From: a bacterium
GTDB taxonomy: Bacteria; Elusimicrobiota; Elusimicrobia; Elusimicrobiales; UBA9959
DNA length: 64,000 nt
Assembly: GCA_021786295.1 (NCBI GenBank)
Contig: JAJYNO010000024.1
Span: 31,848 to 95,847 of the forward strand
Direction: 5' to 3'
Part shown: positions 28,263-38,061 of the stretch, piece by piece
How the letters are laid out: each line of letters begins with the position of its first letter
Position numbering within the stretch: position 1 is the first letter of the stretch
Notes under the pieces: model-generated
Seen by the model: only the letters and a program-made list of their open reading frames with translations
What the model was told of the DNA's origin: nothing
Database searches by the model: none
Position numbers and translations under genes: made by a program

Positions 28263-29869
28263 TGAAGCTCTCCACCCTCGAAGCCGACCTCAAGAGCCGG
28301 GCCAAGGCGGCCTTTTCCCTGGACGACGCCGCGCTGGCCGCTTTCGCGCTGTCCGCCCCGCCGCCGCATATCAAGGCCGACGCGTCCATAGCCTGGCCCA
28401 TCTCGGCCGCTAAGCTGCTGAAGAAGGCGCCGCTCAAGATCGCCGAGGAACTGAAGGCCGCTTTCGGCGCTGAGCTGGACCCGCAGGCCGTGGCGCCCGG
28501 CTTCGTGAACATCAAGCTTTCCAACGCCATGCTGTTCGAGGCGCTGAAGAAGCTGGGCGATCCGGACTGCTTCAAGCGGCCGGACTACGCCGGGGAAAAG
28601 ATTAATCTGGAGTTCGTATCCGCCAACCCTACGGGGCCGCTGCACCTGGCCAGCGGCCGGGCAGCTACTATGGGAGACAGCCTCGCCCGCATCTGGCGCG
28701 CTTTGGGCGCCGAGGTCTCGGAGGAATACTACATAAACGACGCCGGCCGGCAGGTGGTTATGCTGGGCCTGTCGCTGAAGGCGCGCCTGGAGGGCAAGGA
28801 GCCCCCGGAGGGCGGCTACCAGGGCGAATATCTTAAGGACATGGCCGCCGCCATGCCGAAGGAAGCCTCCGGCTGGACGGACAAGCAGTTCTCCGAATAC
28901 GCCGTCGCTGAGATGCTGAAGCTGCACAAGGCCGACATGAAGGCCTTCGGGGTGAATTTCGACCGCTGGTTCCGCGAGAGCGAGCTGCACGCGGCTAACG
29001 CATCGGAGAAGGCGCTGGCCGCGCTGAAAGAGCGCGGCATGACTTACGAGAAGGAGGGCGCCGTCTGGCTGGGCACCTCCTCCGTGATGGAATCTGACGA
29101 CAAGGACCGCGTGCTGGTGAAGTCCGACGGCAAGCCCTCATATTTCCTCAACGATATCGCTTACCACCAGGACAAGTTCGCCCGCGGCTTCACCAAGGTG
29201 ATAGACATCTGGGGCGCGGACCATCACGGCCACGTTCCGCGCATGGAGGCCGCCGTGGAGGCCCTCGGCATGCCCAAGGCTGCCTTCAAGGTGATCATAC
29301 ACCAGCAGGTGTTCCTGCTGCGCGGCGAGGAGATCATCAAGATGTCCAAGCGCGCCGGCGACTTCATCCCGCTGCGCGGCCTGGTGGACGACGTGGGCCC
29401 GGACGCCTGCCGCTTCTTCTTCGCCTCGCGCGGCCCCAACACGCATCTGAACTTCGACGTGGAACTGGCCAAGAAGCAGTCCAACGAGAACCCGGTCTAC
29501 TACGTGCAGTACGTGCACGCGCGCATCGCGTCCATCTTCGACAACGCCAGGGAGAAGGGCGTGGACCCGGCGGCGGCTTTCGACGAGGGCAAGGTCGTGA
29601 TCAACGACCAGGAGCGCGCGCTGATGCTGAAGCTGCTGTGGCTGGAGAAGGCCCTGGCGGACTCCGTGCGCGACAACTCCCCCCACCACCTGACCACGTA
29701 CCTGACGGAGCTGGCGGCCCTGTTCCACTCCTTCTACGACCAGCACAAGGTGCTGGACCCGGACAACAAGGAGACCAGCGCCTACCGCCTGTTCCTGCTC
29801 AAGCACGTCCAGGCCGTCATCGCCAAGGGCCTCGACCTCCTGGGAGTTTCCGCCCCCCAGCGCATGTAA
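28262..29869 (+). CDS. argS: Arginine--tRNA ligase
   Basis: 535 aa. ANPTGPLHLASGR (HIGH-type) and KMSKRAG motifs. Confidence 0.95.
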   Translation: MKLSTLEADLKSRAKAAFSLDDAALAAFALSAPPPHIKADASIAWPISAAKLLKKAPLKIAEELKAAFGAELDPQAVAPGFVNIKLSNAMLFEALKKLGDPDCFKRPDYAGEKINLEFVSANPTGPLHLASGRAATMGDSLARIWRALGAEVSEEYYINDAGRQVVMLGLSLKARLEGKEPPEGGYQGEYLKDMAAAMPKEASGWTDKQFSEYAVAEMLKLHKADMKAFGVNFDRWFRESELHAANASEKALAALKERGMTYEKEGAVWLGTSSVMESDDKDRVLVKSDGKPSYFLNDIAYHQDKFARGFTKVIDIWGADHHGHVPRMEAAVEALGMPKAAFKVIIHQQVFLLRGEEIIKMSKRAGDFIPLRGLVDDVGPDACRFFFASRGPNTHLNFDVELAKKQSNENPVYYVQYVHARIASIFDNAREKGVDPAAAFDEGKVVINDQERALMLKLLWLEKALADSVRDNSPHHLTTYLTELAALFHSFYDQHKVLDPDNKETSAYRLFLLKHVQAVIAKGLDLLGVSAPQRM

Positions 29870-29887
29870 GGGCCCAACAGCGGAAAA

Positions 29888-29921
29888 AGGAAACCGCCTC
29901 CCAAAGAGGCGGTTTTTCTTT
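29888..29921 (+). terminator. Rho-independent terminator of argS
   Basis: AAACCGCCTC-CCAAA-GAGGCGGTTT followed by TTCTTT. Confidence 0.8.
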
Positions 29922-29954
29922 ATTCGGTTCTCAACCTAAAACTTCAGTTCCGCG

Positions 29955-30160
29955 GGTGGAGCGAAGCGACACAATATAGCAGTATCCGCGAGAAGCCCAG
30001 TCGGGGCTTACCGCGCGGGACAGAACGCAAAACACGCTCAGGCACACCGTGCCCTCGCTCGGTACTCGCCCCCCGCGCTTATGCAAGCGGGGGGCTCGAC
30101 GACGGTTTTGCTAACCTGTCCCCCGCGGTCTCCCCTCCAACTTCGCCTTCGCTCTATTCC
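29955..30160. ncRNA. Candidate structured RNA of unknown class (strand unresolved)
   Basis: Nested complementary segments: 29959-66/30147-54, 30011-23/30116-28, 30027-33/30105-11. Local hairpins at 29993-30009, 30041-53 and 30068-95. No plausible ORF. Confidence 0.3.
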
Positions 30161-30185
30161 GGGGATGCAGTACTTAATTTCTCCG

Positions 30186-30821
30186 TTAACTGCCAGCATG
30201 AATGAGGGCGTAAAGCGCCTGAAGAGCCGGCAGCAGCCGTTCCCTGGAGATCCCGCCGGGCATGGAATGCCGGGGCATCACCAGCCGGGCCCTTCCGGGG
30301 GAGCCGGGCTTCAGTTCCAGCAGCAGAAAACCGTCGTCGGGGAGGGAGAAAAGACGGCGCAGCTGCTCCTTCACTTCCGGCGCGGAGAGCCAGGCGCGCG
30401 CCAGCTCTTCGTCGGAAGAAGAAAGGCGCACTAACTTGTCGATGTCCGGGTCGCCGGCCGTAAAAGTCCCGAAAGGCCAGAGGCCCAGCGCCACGCCGCT
30501 TCTGAGAGAATCTTTCCGGACAACGCGCAGGGCCGCCCTGAGCGCGGGAGACTCAAGGCATATACCCACCATATCGGGGCCGGTGTTGTATCTGCTGGTC
30601 GAATAGGGGGTTATGGTCAGAGGGCAGTCTTTATAGCTGCCGCGGAAAGACGGGTAAGACAGCAGTCCCCCCCTGGCCAACTCCCCCGACAGGAAGGTAG
30701 GCAGGGCCTCCAGGACCGCCCGGTAGTCGGCGAGCTCTCCGGAATGCATGATCCACACAAAACCTATCACCAGTACGTTTATAGCTATTACGATAAGCGT
30801 GACGATAAGAGTGGTGCCCAT
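30186..30821 (-). CDS. Hypothetical membrane-anchored protein
   Basis: 211 aa. N-terminal TM helix (LIVTLIVIAINVLVIGFVWI). No family recognised. Follows nuoN. Confidence 0.5.
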   Translation of the reverse strand: MGTTLIVTLIVIAINVLVIGFVWIMHSGELADYRAVLEALPTFLSGELARGGLLSYPSFRGSYKDCPLTITPYSTSRYNTGPDMVGICLESPALRAALRVVRKDSLRSGVALGLWPFGTFTAGDPDIDKLVRLSSSDEELARAWLSAPEVKEQLRRLFSLPDDGFLLLELKPGSPGRARLVMPRHSMPGGISRERLLPALQALYALIHAGS

Positions 30822-30900
30822 AGTGGTTAGGGGACGTTCATATCAGGAATCAACGTCCCCTTCCGCCTTCCGGAAGTTAGGAAGATAGGAAGCAGCGTCC

Positions 30901-32325
30901 CTAGTGGGGGAAGAAGGCGCGGCCGATGTTGGTGGTGACGGCGATGACGGGGCCGGGGAAGAGGCCCAGGACCAGCATGGCCGCCACCGAGATCGCCAGG
31001 GCCGCCTTTATCGTCGCCGGGACGCGGACCTCGCGCGCGTCCTTCTTGCCCTCGAAGATGTACATGCGCTTCAGTATCGCCAGATAATAGTACAGCGAAA
31101 CGGTGCTGTTGAGCGCCGCCGCTATCACCAGCCAGGCGTAGCCCTGCTGCATGGAGGCGTAGAACAGGTAGAACTTCCCGATAAAACCCGCCAGCGGCGG
31201 AATACCCGCCAGCGACAGCAGCGCCGTCAGGAACACCAGCGCCAGCACCGGCTCCCTGCGCGCCAGCCCGTTGTAGTCCTCGAGATCGTCCGAACCCGCG
31301 GAATGCGCGAAGGCCGCCGCCACGCCGAAGGCCGCCATGTTGGAGACCGCGTAGACCAGCAGGTAGAAAACCACCGAGCTGATGCCCGCCTCGGACGCGC
31401 CGACGAAACCCACCAGGATGTAGCCCGCCTGCGAGATAGTTGAATAGGCCAGGAAACGCTTGACGTTCTTCTGCGGTATGGCCATCAGGTTGCCCGCCGT
31501 CATCGTCACCAGAGCCAGGACGGAGAGCAGCGGCACCCAGATGCCCGAGAGCGCCGCCAGCATCACCGGGAACAGCCGTATCGCGAACACGAAGCCGGCC
31601 GCCTTGGAGGCCACCGAAATGAAGGCCGCCACGGGTGTCGGCGCGCCCTGGTAGACGTCCGGCGTCCAGACGTGCATCGGCACCACCGAGAGCTTGAAGG
31701 CCACGCCCAGCAGCGTAAGTATCATGCCGGTCATGAGGGCCGGGGCGTGGTTGCCGGCGGCCGCGATCTTTATGACGTCAACGTACGTGGTGCCGGCCAG
31801 GCCGTAGATCAGGCTGAGGCCGTAGAGCAGTATCCCCGACGAGGACGCGCCCAGTATCAGGTACTTCAGGCCCGCCTCGGTGGAGAGGTCGTCGTTCTTG
31901 TAGAAGGCCGCCAGCGCGAAGAGGCTGGTTGTCGCCAGCTCCAGCCCGACGTAGAGCGTTATCAGCTCCTTGGAGGACACCAGGAGGCACAGGCCCAGCA
32001 CGGACGAGGCCAGCAGCGTGTAGTAGGCCCCGGCGAACTTCCCCTCCGTCTTCAGCGAGCCCAGGGAGATCAGGCCGGTGAGGACGGCGGAGACGAAGAT
32101 CACGATCTTGGAGAAGCGCGAGAGCCCGTCGGCGATGTAGGTGCCTATCATCAGCGCGCCGGTGGAGGTGTCGGCGAGGGTCCAGGCCAGCAGGCCGGCC
32201 ATCAGCAGCGTGAAAGTCCAGCCGGTGGCCTTCTTGCCCGCGCCCAGGATGTCCATCAGCAGGAGCAGCGTTATGCCGCCCGCCAGGAGCAGCTCCGTCG
32301 ACATCAGGTGGAAGGAGGACCACAT
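30901..32325 (-). CDS. nuoN: NADH-quinone oxidoreductase subunit N
   Basis: 474 aa polytopic antiporter-like subunit, last in the nuo operon. Confidence 0.9.
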   Translation of the reverse strand: MWSSFHLMSTELLLAGGITLLLLMDILGAGKKATGWTFTLLMAGLLAWTLADTSTGALMIGTYIADGLSRFSKIVIFVSAVLTGLISLGSLKTEGKFAGAYYTLLASSVLGLCLLVSSKELITLYVGLELATTSLFALAAFYKNDDLSTEAGLKYLILGASSSGILLYGLSLIYGLAGTTYVDVIKIAAAGNHAPALMTGMILTLLGVAFKLSVVPMHVWTPDVYQGAPTPVAAFISVASKAAGFVFAIRLFPVMLAALSGIWVPLLSVLALVTMTAGNLMAIPQKNVKRFLAYSTISQAGYILVGFVGASEAGISSVVFYLLVYAVSNMAAFGVAAAFAHSAGSDDLEDYNGLARREPVLALVFLTALLSLAGIPPLAGFIGKFYLFYASMQQGYAWLVIAAALNSTVSLYYYLAILKRMYIFEGKKDAREVRVPATIKAALAISVAAMLVLGLFPGPVIAVTTNIGRAFFPH

Positions 32326-32326
32326 A

Positions 32327-33817
32327 TCAGGCGGCCCCCAGTTTGAGCGCTATCGGCAGCACGGAGGAATGGATGACGTTCATGATATAGTAGGGGTAGA
32401 AGCCCACGGCGAGGATGAACAGCATCAGCAGCGAGAGCGCGGCCAGTTCGGCGGCGTTGGCGTCCTTGAGCAGCGCCAGGTGCGGGTTCAGCGGGCCGAA
32501 GAAGGCCGTCTGCACCAGCTTGAGCACGTAGAAGGCCGTTATCACTATGCCGGTTATCGCTATCACCGTGAGGACCGGGTAGGTCTTGAAGGCCCCCAGA
32601 AAAACGGTTATCTCGGCCACGAAGCCCGACGTGCCAGGCAGCCCCAGCGAGGTCAGGCCGGTCAGCACGAAGAACGCCGCCAGCGCGGGCATCACCTTGG
32701 CCAACCCCCCCATCTCGGTGACGATGCGCGTGTGCGCGCGGCCGTAGACCATGCCCACAAGGCCGAAGAAGAGCCCCGTCATCACGCCGTGCGAGAACAT
32801 CTGCAGCACCGCGCCGGAGAAGGCCACGGAGTTCATGGCAGCTATGCCCAGCAGCACTATGCCCATGTGCGAGACCGAGGAATAGGCCACGATGAACTTG
32901 AGGTCGCGCTGGGCCACCGCGCCGAGCGAGCCGTAGACTATGTTCACGAGCGTCAGCAGCGCCACCACCGGCAGCCAGAACTTGGCGCCGGCGGGCAGCA
33001 GCCAGACCGCCACGACCAGGCAGCCGTAGGCGCCCAGCTTCATCAGCACGCCCGCGTGCAGCATGGAGACCGCGGTCGGCGCGGAGGCGTGGCCGTCCGG
33101 GGACCAGGTATGGAAAGGCCAGAGCGCCGCCAGTATGCCGAAGCCGACGAAGAAGACCGGGAAGAACGTTATCTGGAACGAGCGCGAGAACGTGGCGTTC
33201 AGGAGCAGGTCCATGTCGAACGTGCGCAGGCCGGAGGCGAAGTAGAGGCCCAGCAGGCCCGCCACTATCAGCGCGCTGCCGGCCATCAGGTAGAGCGTCA
33301 GCTTCATCGCCGAGCTCTCCTTCGGGCCGGTGCCCCAGATGCCTATCAGCAGGTACATCGGCAGCACGGCGATCTCGTAGAACAGGAAGAACAGGAACAG
33401 GTTGTAGGCCATGAACACGCCGAACACTCCGGTGGTCAGCGTCAAGAGCAGGATGAAGAACTCCTTGGTGCGCTCCTCCACCCCCCAGGAGGCCAGCACG
33501 CCGGCGAGGATGATCACGCCTGTCAGCAGCACCAGCGTGACGTTGATGCCGGTGACGGCCATGAAGTAGCTCACGCCCAGCGCGGGGATCCACGCCGCCC
33601 GCTCCACGAACTGGAAGCCGCCGGCGTGGTAGTCGTAGGCGAAGAAGAGCAGCAGGGACAGCACGAAGGCCGCGGCCGAGAAGAGCAGCGACACGGTCTT
33701 TATGGCCTTCTTGTTCTCGCCGGGGATGAGGGCTATGACGGCTACGGCGGCCAGCGGCAGCAGGTAGATGATGGTGAGTATCGGCAGCGAGTTGAAGAGG
33801 GCGCGTATCGCGGTCAT
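32327..33817 (-). CDS. nuoM: NADH-quinone oxidoreductase subunit M
   Basis: 496 aa from MTAIRALFNS (ATGA overlap with the nuoL stop). Antiporter-like. Confidence 0.9.
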   Translation of the reverse strand: MTAIRALFNSLPILTIIYLLPLAAVAVIALIPGENKKAIKTVSLLFSAAAFVLSLLLFFAYDYHAGGFQFVERAAWIPALGVSYFMAVTGINVTLVLLTGVIILAGVLASWGVEERTKEFFILLLTLTTGVFGVFMAYNLFLFFLFYEIAVLPMYLLIGIWGTGPKESSAMKLTLYLMAGSALIVAGLLGLYFASGLRTFDMDLLLNATFSRSFQITFFPVFFVGFGILAALWPFHTWSPDGHASAPTAVSMLHAGVLMKLGAYGCLVVAVWLLPAGAKFWLPVVALLTLVNIVYGSLGAVAQRDLKFIVAYSSVSHMGIVLLGIAAMNSVAFSGAVLQMFSHGVMTGLFFGLVGMVYGRAHTRIVTEMGGLAKVMPALAAFFVLTGLTSLGLPGTSGFVAEITVFLGAFKTYPVLTVIAITGIVITAFYVLKLVQTAFFGPLNPHLALLKDANAAELAALSLLMLFILAVGFYPYYIMNVIHSSVLPIALKLGAA

Positions 33818-35700
33818 TTCAGCAGCCCTCCGAAGCCGAAGAGGTCCGGGTGGAACCAGGCTGAGGCCAGCAGTATCACGGCCATGCCGCCGAAGACCGC
33901 CAGCGCGTAGGACTGCACCGTGCCGGGCACCGTGCGGCGCAGCCCGTCGCCGCCGCGGCGCACGCCCAGGCCGGTCGCCATGACGAGCCCGTCCACCGCG
34001 CGCCTGTCGAACCACTTGACGGCGGCGGTGAGGACGAAGAAGACGTTGCGGATGAAGAACATATAGATCTCGTCCACGTAGTACTTGTTCCTCAGCAGGG
34101 AGTAGAGCGGGCCGGCCGCGGCCTTGAGCGAAGCGGCCGAGAGGGCCTTGCGGGAGTAGACCAGCCAGGCCAGCAGTATGCCTGAGACGGCCACGGCGGA
34201 GGAGGTGAGCGCTATGCCCGTGTTCAGACCGGCGCGCTCGGGCTCGCCGAAGTAGAGGAAGGAGGCGATGTTATGCGCGTGCGGCAGCGCGGCGAGGCCG
34301 GAGAAGACGGAGAAGAAGGCCAGCACCATGAGCGGCACGGTCATCACGGCGGGGGATTCGTGCGCGTGCTCCGACTTCTCGCCCGGCGCGCCGGCGAAGG
34401 TGACGAAGTAGAGGCGGAACATGTAGAAGGCGGTCATGAAAGCGGCGGCCACGGCGGCGAGGTAGAGCCCGGTGTGCCCGCCAGCCTTCAGCACGGAGAA
34501 GATCTCGTCCTTGGACCAGAAGCCGGAGAACGGGAAGATGCCCGAGATCGCCAGCGAGGCTATCAGCATGGTTATCGACGTCACCGGCATCTTCTTGTGC
34601 AGCCCGCCGGTCTGCCAGATGTCGTTGGTGTGCACGGCGTGGATCACGGAGCCCGCGCCGAGGAACAGCAGCGCCTTGAAGAAGGCGTGCGTGGCCAGGT
34701 GGAACAGGCCGGCCGTGTAGCCGCCGGCGCCGAGGGCCAGTATCATGTACCCCAGCTGGGAGAGCGTGGAATAGGCGAGGATGCGCTTGATGTCGTCCTG
34801 CACCAGCGCTATGGAGGCGGCGAACACCGCCGTGAAGCCGCCGATGTAGGCTATGACGGTCATGGCCTCGGGCGAGGCGGAGAAGACGGCGAAGAGCCTG
34901 GCCACCATGAACACGCCGGCCGCCACCATGGTGGCCGCGTGGATCAGCGCGGAGACCGGGGTGGGGCCCTCCATGGCGTCAGGCAGCCAGACGTGCAGCG
35001 GGAACTGCGCGGACTTGCCCAGCGCGCCGCAGAAGAGCAAGAGCGCTATCAGCGTCATCCTGGCGGGCGGCACGGCGCCGGAGCTAACGAAGGCTATGAC
35101 TCCGGAGAAATCGAAGGTCCCGGCCGCGTAGGCCAGCAGCAGGATGCCCAGCAGGAAGCCGAAGTCCCCCACGCGGTTCACCACGAAGGCCTTCTTGGCC
35201 GCGGCGGCCGCGGAGGGCTTGTCGTACCAGAAGCCTATCAGCAGGTACGACGAGAGGCCCACCAGCTCCCAGAAGATGTAGAGCTGCATCAGGTTGTCGG
35301 CCACCACGATGCCCAGCATGGAGAACGTGAACAGCGACAGGAACGAGAAGAACTTGGAGAAGCCGGAGTCGCCGCGCATGTAGCCTATGGAGTAGACCTG
35401 CACCAGCAGCGAGATGAAAGTGACAATGAACAGCATCAGCGCGGTGAGCTGGTTCACCAGCACGCCCATGTGCAGGTTGACGAAGGCCAGCTGCAGCCAC
35501 TCCGCGCGGACCGCGTGGACGGCGGGCGCGGTCAGCTCCGCGTACAGGACGGCGCAGGAAAGGGCGAAGGCGGCGGCCGTGCCGGCTATGGACGTCAGGG
35601 CGGCGCCCATGGGGCGGCGGCGGGCGAAGGCCGTTACGGCCAGGAAGGCCGCGAACGGCAGGGCGGGTATCAGCGCGGCCAGCAGGCTTATCTTGTCCAT
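33814..35700 (-). CDS. nuoL: NADH-quinone oxidoreductase subunit L
   Basis: 628 aa antiporter-like subunit with a C-terminal extension. Confidence 0.9.
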   Translation of the reverse strand: MDKISLLAALIPALPFAAFLAVTAFARRRPMGAALTSIAGTAAAFALSCAVLYAELTAPAVHAVRAEWLQLAFVNLHMGVLVNQLTALMLFIVTFISLLVQVYSIGYMRGDSGFSKFFSFLSLFTFSMLGIVVADNLMQLYIFWELVGLSSYLLIGFWYDKPSAAAAAKKAFVVNRVGDFGFLLGILLLAYAAGTFDFSGVIAFVSSGAVPPARMTLIALLLFCGALGKSAQFPLHVWLPDAMEGPTPVSALIHAATMVAAGVFMVARLFAVFSASPEAMTVIAYIGGFTAVFAASIALVQDDIKRILAYSTLSQLGYMILALGAGGYTAGLFHLATHAFFKALLFLGAGSVIHAVHTNDIWQTGGLHKKMPVTSITMLIASLAISGIFPFSGFWSKDEIFSVLKAGGHTGLYLAAVAAAFMTAFYMFRLYFVTFAGAPGEKSEHAHESPAVMTVPLMVLAFFSVFSGLAALPHAHNIASFLYFGEPERAGLNTGIALTSSAVAVSGILLAWLVYSRKALSAASLKAAAGPLYSLLRNKYYVDEIYMFFIRNVFFVLTAAVKWFDRRAVDGLVMATGLGVRRGGDGLRRTVPGTVQSYALAVFGGMAVILLASAWFHPDLFGFGGLLK

Positions 35701-35704
35701 GTCC

Positions 35705-36013
35705 TTACCATTTCATCAGTTTCATCTCTTCCGAGTTCACCGTCTGACGGCTGCGGTAGATCGCCAGGATTATCGCCAGGCCCAGCACGCTCTCGGCGGC
35801 GGCCACGGCTATTATGAAGATGGCGAACATCTCCCCGTGCGCGAACCCCGGCTCCTGGAAGCGGGAGAAGGCCACCATGTTGATGTTGACGGCGTTGAAG
35901 ATCAGCTCGGTGGACATCAGCAGCGCTATCGCGTTGCGGCGCGTCATTACGCCGTAGAGCCCCACGCAGAACAGCGCGGCGCCGAGCACGAGATAATGGG
36001 TGAGAGTTATCAT
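35705..36013 (-). CDS. nuoK: NADH-quinone oxidoreductase subunit K
   Basis: 102 aa, three TM helices. Confidence 0.9.
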   Translation of the reverse strand: MITLTHYLVLGAALFCVGLYGVMTRRNAIALLMSTELIFNAVNINMVAFSRFQEPGFAHGEMFAIFIIAVAAAESVLGLAIILAIYRSRQTVNSEEMKLMKW

Positions 36014-36507
36014 TTCTCGTCCTTGGCTATTATGGCTATGGCGCCTATCAGCGCGGCCAGCAGCAGCACCGAGACGGCCTCGAACGGTATCACGAAATCG
36101 GAAAGGATGTGGCTGCCGATGGCCGCGGCGTCAGTGCCCGCGCCGTAGGAATGCGCGAACGGCGCGCCCCAGTCGGTCCTCAGTATCGCGTTGGTCAGCA
36201 GCCCGCCGGAAGCCAGCACGGTCAGCAGGGCCGGCAGCGTCCTGCGGCCGGTCCCGGCCGCTCCGGCGCCGGTGATGTGCTTGGTCATGCTGATGACGAA
36301 GATGGAGAGGACCACTACCGCGCCGACGTAGAGCAGGATCTGCAGGCCGGCCAGGAAATAGGAGCCCAGCAGCGCGAACACGGCGGCCACGCCGAACAGC
36401 GAGAACGCCAGGTACAGCGCGCTGTGGAAGACGTTCTTCACGGTCACCGTCAGCACGGCGGCTATGAGTATGGAGGCTGCGAAGGTGTAAAAAAGGAACT
36501 GCTGCAT
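36010..36507 (-). CDS. nuoJ: NADH-quinone oxidoreductase subunit J
   Basis: 165 aa from MQQFLFYTF. TGATG overlap with the nuoI stop. Confidence 0.85.
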   Translation of the reverse strand: MQQFLFYTFAASILIAAVLTVTVKNVFHSALYLAFSLFGVAAVFALLGSYFLAGLQILLYVGAVVVLSIFVISMTKHITGAGAAGTGRRTLPALLTVLASGGLLTNAILRTDWGAPFAHSYGAGTDAAAIGSHILSDFVIPFEAVSVLLLAALIGAIAIIAKDEK

Positions 36508-37001
36508 CAGGAGGGCTCCTCCCCTTTGAACTTGGAGAGCCACCAGGAGAGCTTACTGCCCTTCAGTTCGTGGTTCTCCGCGGCCAGGTCGGCGTCCAGG
36601 CTTTCCCTGTCACGCGTCCCCGTCTCGTACTCGTCGGACATGATGATGGCGGCGAAAGGGCAGGCCTCCACGCAGAGGTTGCAGTACATGCAGTTCCCGG
36701 ACCTGTAGAGGTATTTCGCCGCGCGCGGTTTCGGCTTGCCGTCCTCGCCGACGGCCTTCGTTATCTCTAGCGAGCCGTTGGGGCAGGCCTTCGCGCAGAG
36801 CAGGCAGGCGGTGCAGCGGTTGGCCCCCGTGGCCGGGTCGACGGGCATGACCAGCCGGCCGCGCGCGCGCAGCGGCAGCGCCGGCTTCTCCTCCGGGTAC
36901 TGGAGGGTTATCGGCTTCCTGAAGCAGTGCTTCAGCGTCACGCCGAGCCCGGCGCAGAGGCTTTTTATGCCGTCGTAGATCTCAGAGAGGTATCCGGTCA
37001 T
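36507..37001 (-). CDS. nuoI: NADH-quinone oxidoreductase subunit I (2x[4Fe-4S])
   Basis: 164 aa. CTACLLCAKACP and CMYCNLCVEACP motifs. Confidence 0.9.
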   Translation of the reverse strand: MTGYLSEIYDGIKSLCAGLGVTLKHCFRKPITLQYPEEKPALPLRARGRLVMPVDPATGANRCTACLLCAKACPNGSLEITKAVGEDGKPKPRAAKYLYRSGNCMYCNLCVEACPFAAIIMSDEYETGTRDRESLDADLAAENHELKGSKLSWWLSKFKGEEPS

Positions 37002-37002
37002 C

Positions 37003-38061
37003 TTAAAGCAGCTTCATCGCCGCCGCCGAAAGCAGCAGGTTGGCCAGCGCTATCGGCAGCAGATATTTCCACGAGAACTGCATCAGCTGGTCCACGCGGA
37101 TGCGCGGGAACGTCCAGCGCGCCCAGCAGAGCAGCGTTATCACGAAATAGGTCTTCAAAAGGAACCAGACCACGGGCGGCAGGAACGGGCCTTCCCAGCC
37201 GCCCAGGAACAGGCTGACCGCTATAGCCGAGGTCAGGAACAGGTTGGTGTATTCGGCCAGGAAGAAGAGCGAGAACTTCATCGCCGAGTACTCGGTGTTG
37301 AAGCCGGCCACCAGCTCGGACTCCGCCTCCGGCAGGTCGAACGGGGCGCGGTTGACCTCGGCGTTGCCGGCTATCAGGAAGATGACGAACGCGACCGGCT
37401 GCATGAACGCGAACCAGCCGTAGCCGGCCTGCGCGTCCACGATAGCCCCCATGCGCATCGAGCCGGTCAGCATGACGACCGGCAGGATCGCCAGCATCAT
37501 GGGGACCTCGTAACTCACCATCTGCGCCGCCGAGCGCAGGCCGCCGATCAGCGAGTACTTGTTGTTGGAGCCCCAGCCCGCCGACAGGATGCCGATGACG
37601 GACAGGCCGCTGATGGCCAGGATGTAGAGGATGCCGATGTTCAGGTCTCCGGCTATCAGCCCGTCGCCGAACGGGATGACCAGGAACACGGCGAAGGCCG
37701 GGATGAAGACCAGCAGCGGCGCCAGCCAGAAGGCCAGCGGGTCTATGCCGCGCGGGTTTAGGTCCTCCTTGGAAAGCAGCTTCAGCGTGTCGGCCAGCGT
37801 CTGCAGCAGGCCGAACGGGCCCACGCGGTTTGGGCCTTTCCTGAGCTGCATCAGCGCGGCTATCTTGCGGTCGAACCAGATGATGAAGAGCGCGTTGACC
37901 GTGATGAAGCCCGAGACCGCGGCCGCTATGGCCAGCTGGAAGAGCAGGTCCAGGACGGAGGACGGCAGGCCGCGCGCGGCCCACAGGGCGTGCGCCTTCG
38001 CGGCGAACGCCGCCAGCGGCGCGGCTGGGGCGTAAAGCAGTTCCTTCAGCGGGAGCGTCAC
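37003..38061 (-). CDS. nuoH: NADH-quinone oxidoreductase subunit H
   Basis: 352 aa. GTG start overlapping the nuoD stop (GTGA). MQLRKGPNRVGPFGLLQ motif. The track ORF to 38931 is a spurious extension. Confidence 0.9.
   Translation of the reverse strand: MTLPLKELLYAPAAPLAAFAAKAHALWAARGLPSSVLDLLFQLAIAAAVSGFITVNALFIIWFDRKIAALMQLRKGPNRVGPFGLLQTLADTLKLLSKEDLNPRGIDPLAFWLAPLLVFIPAFAVFLVIPFGDGLIAGDLNIGILYILAISGLSVIGILSAGWGSNNKYSLIGGLRSAAQMVSYEVPMMLAILPVVMLTGSMRMGAIVDAQAGYGWFAFMQPVAFVIFLIAGNAEVNRAPFDLPEAESELVAGFNTEYSAMKFSLFFLAEYTNLFLTSAIAVSLFLGGWEGPFLPPVVWFLLKTYFVITLLCWARWTFPRIRVDQLMQFSWKYLLPIALANLLLSAAAMKLL

Noticed and set aside
29922-30185. tmRNA, RNase P RNA, SRP RNA or a tRNA in the argS-downstream region
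   Set aside because: No GGGGCUG 5' end or UCCACCA 3' end. No GAGGAAAGUCCGGGC (P4). No GGAAGGAAGCAGC SRP domain IV motif. No GGTTCGAATCC-type T-arm. Left as unknown class.
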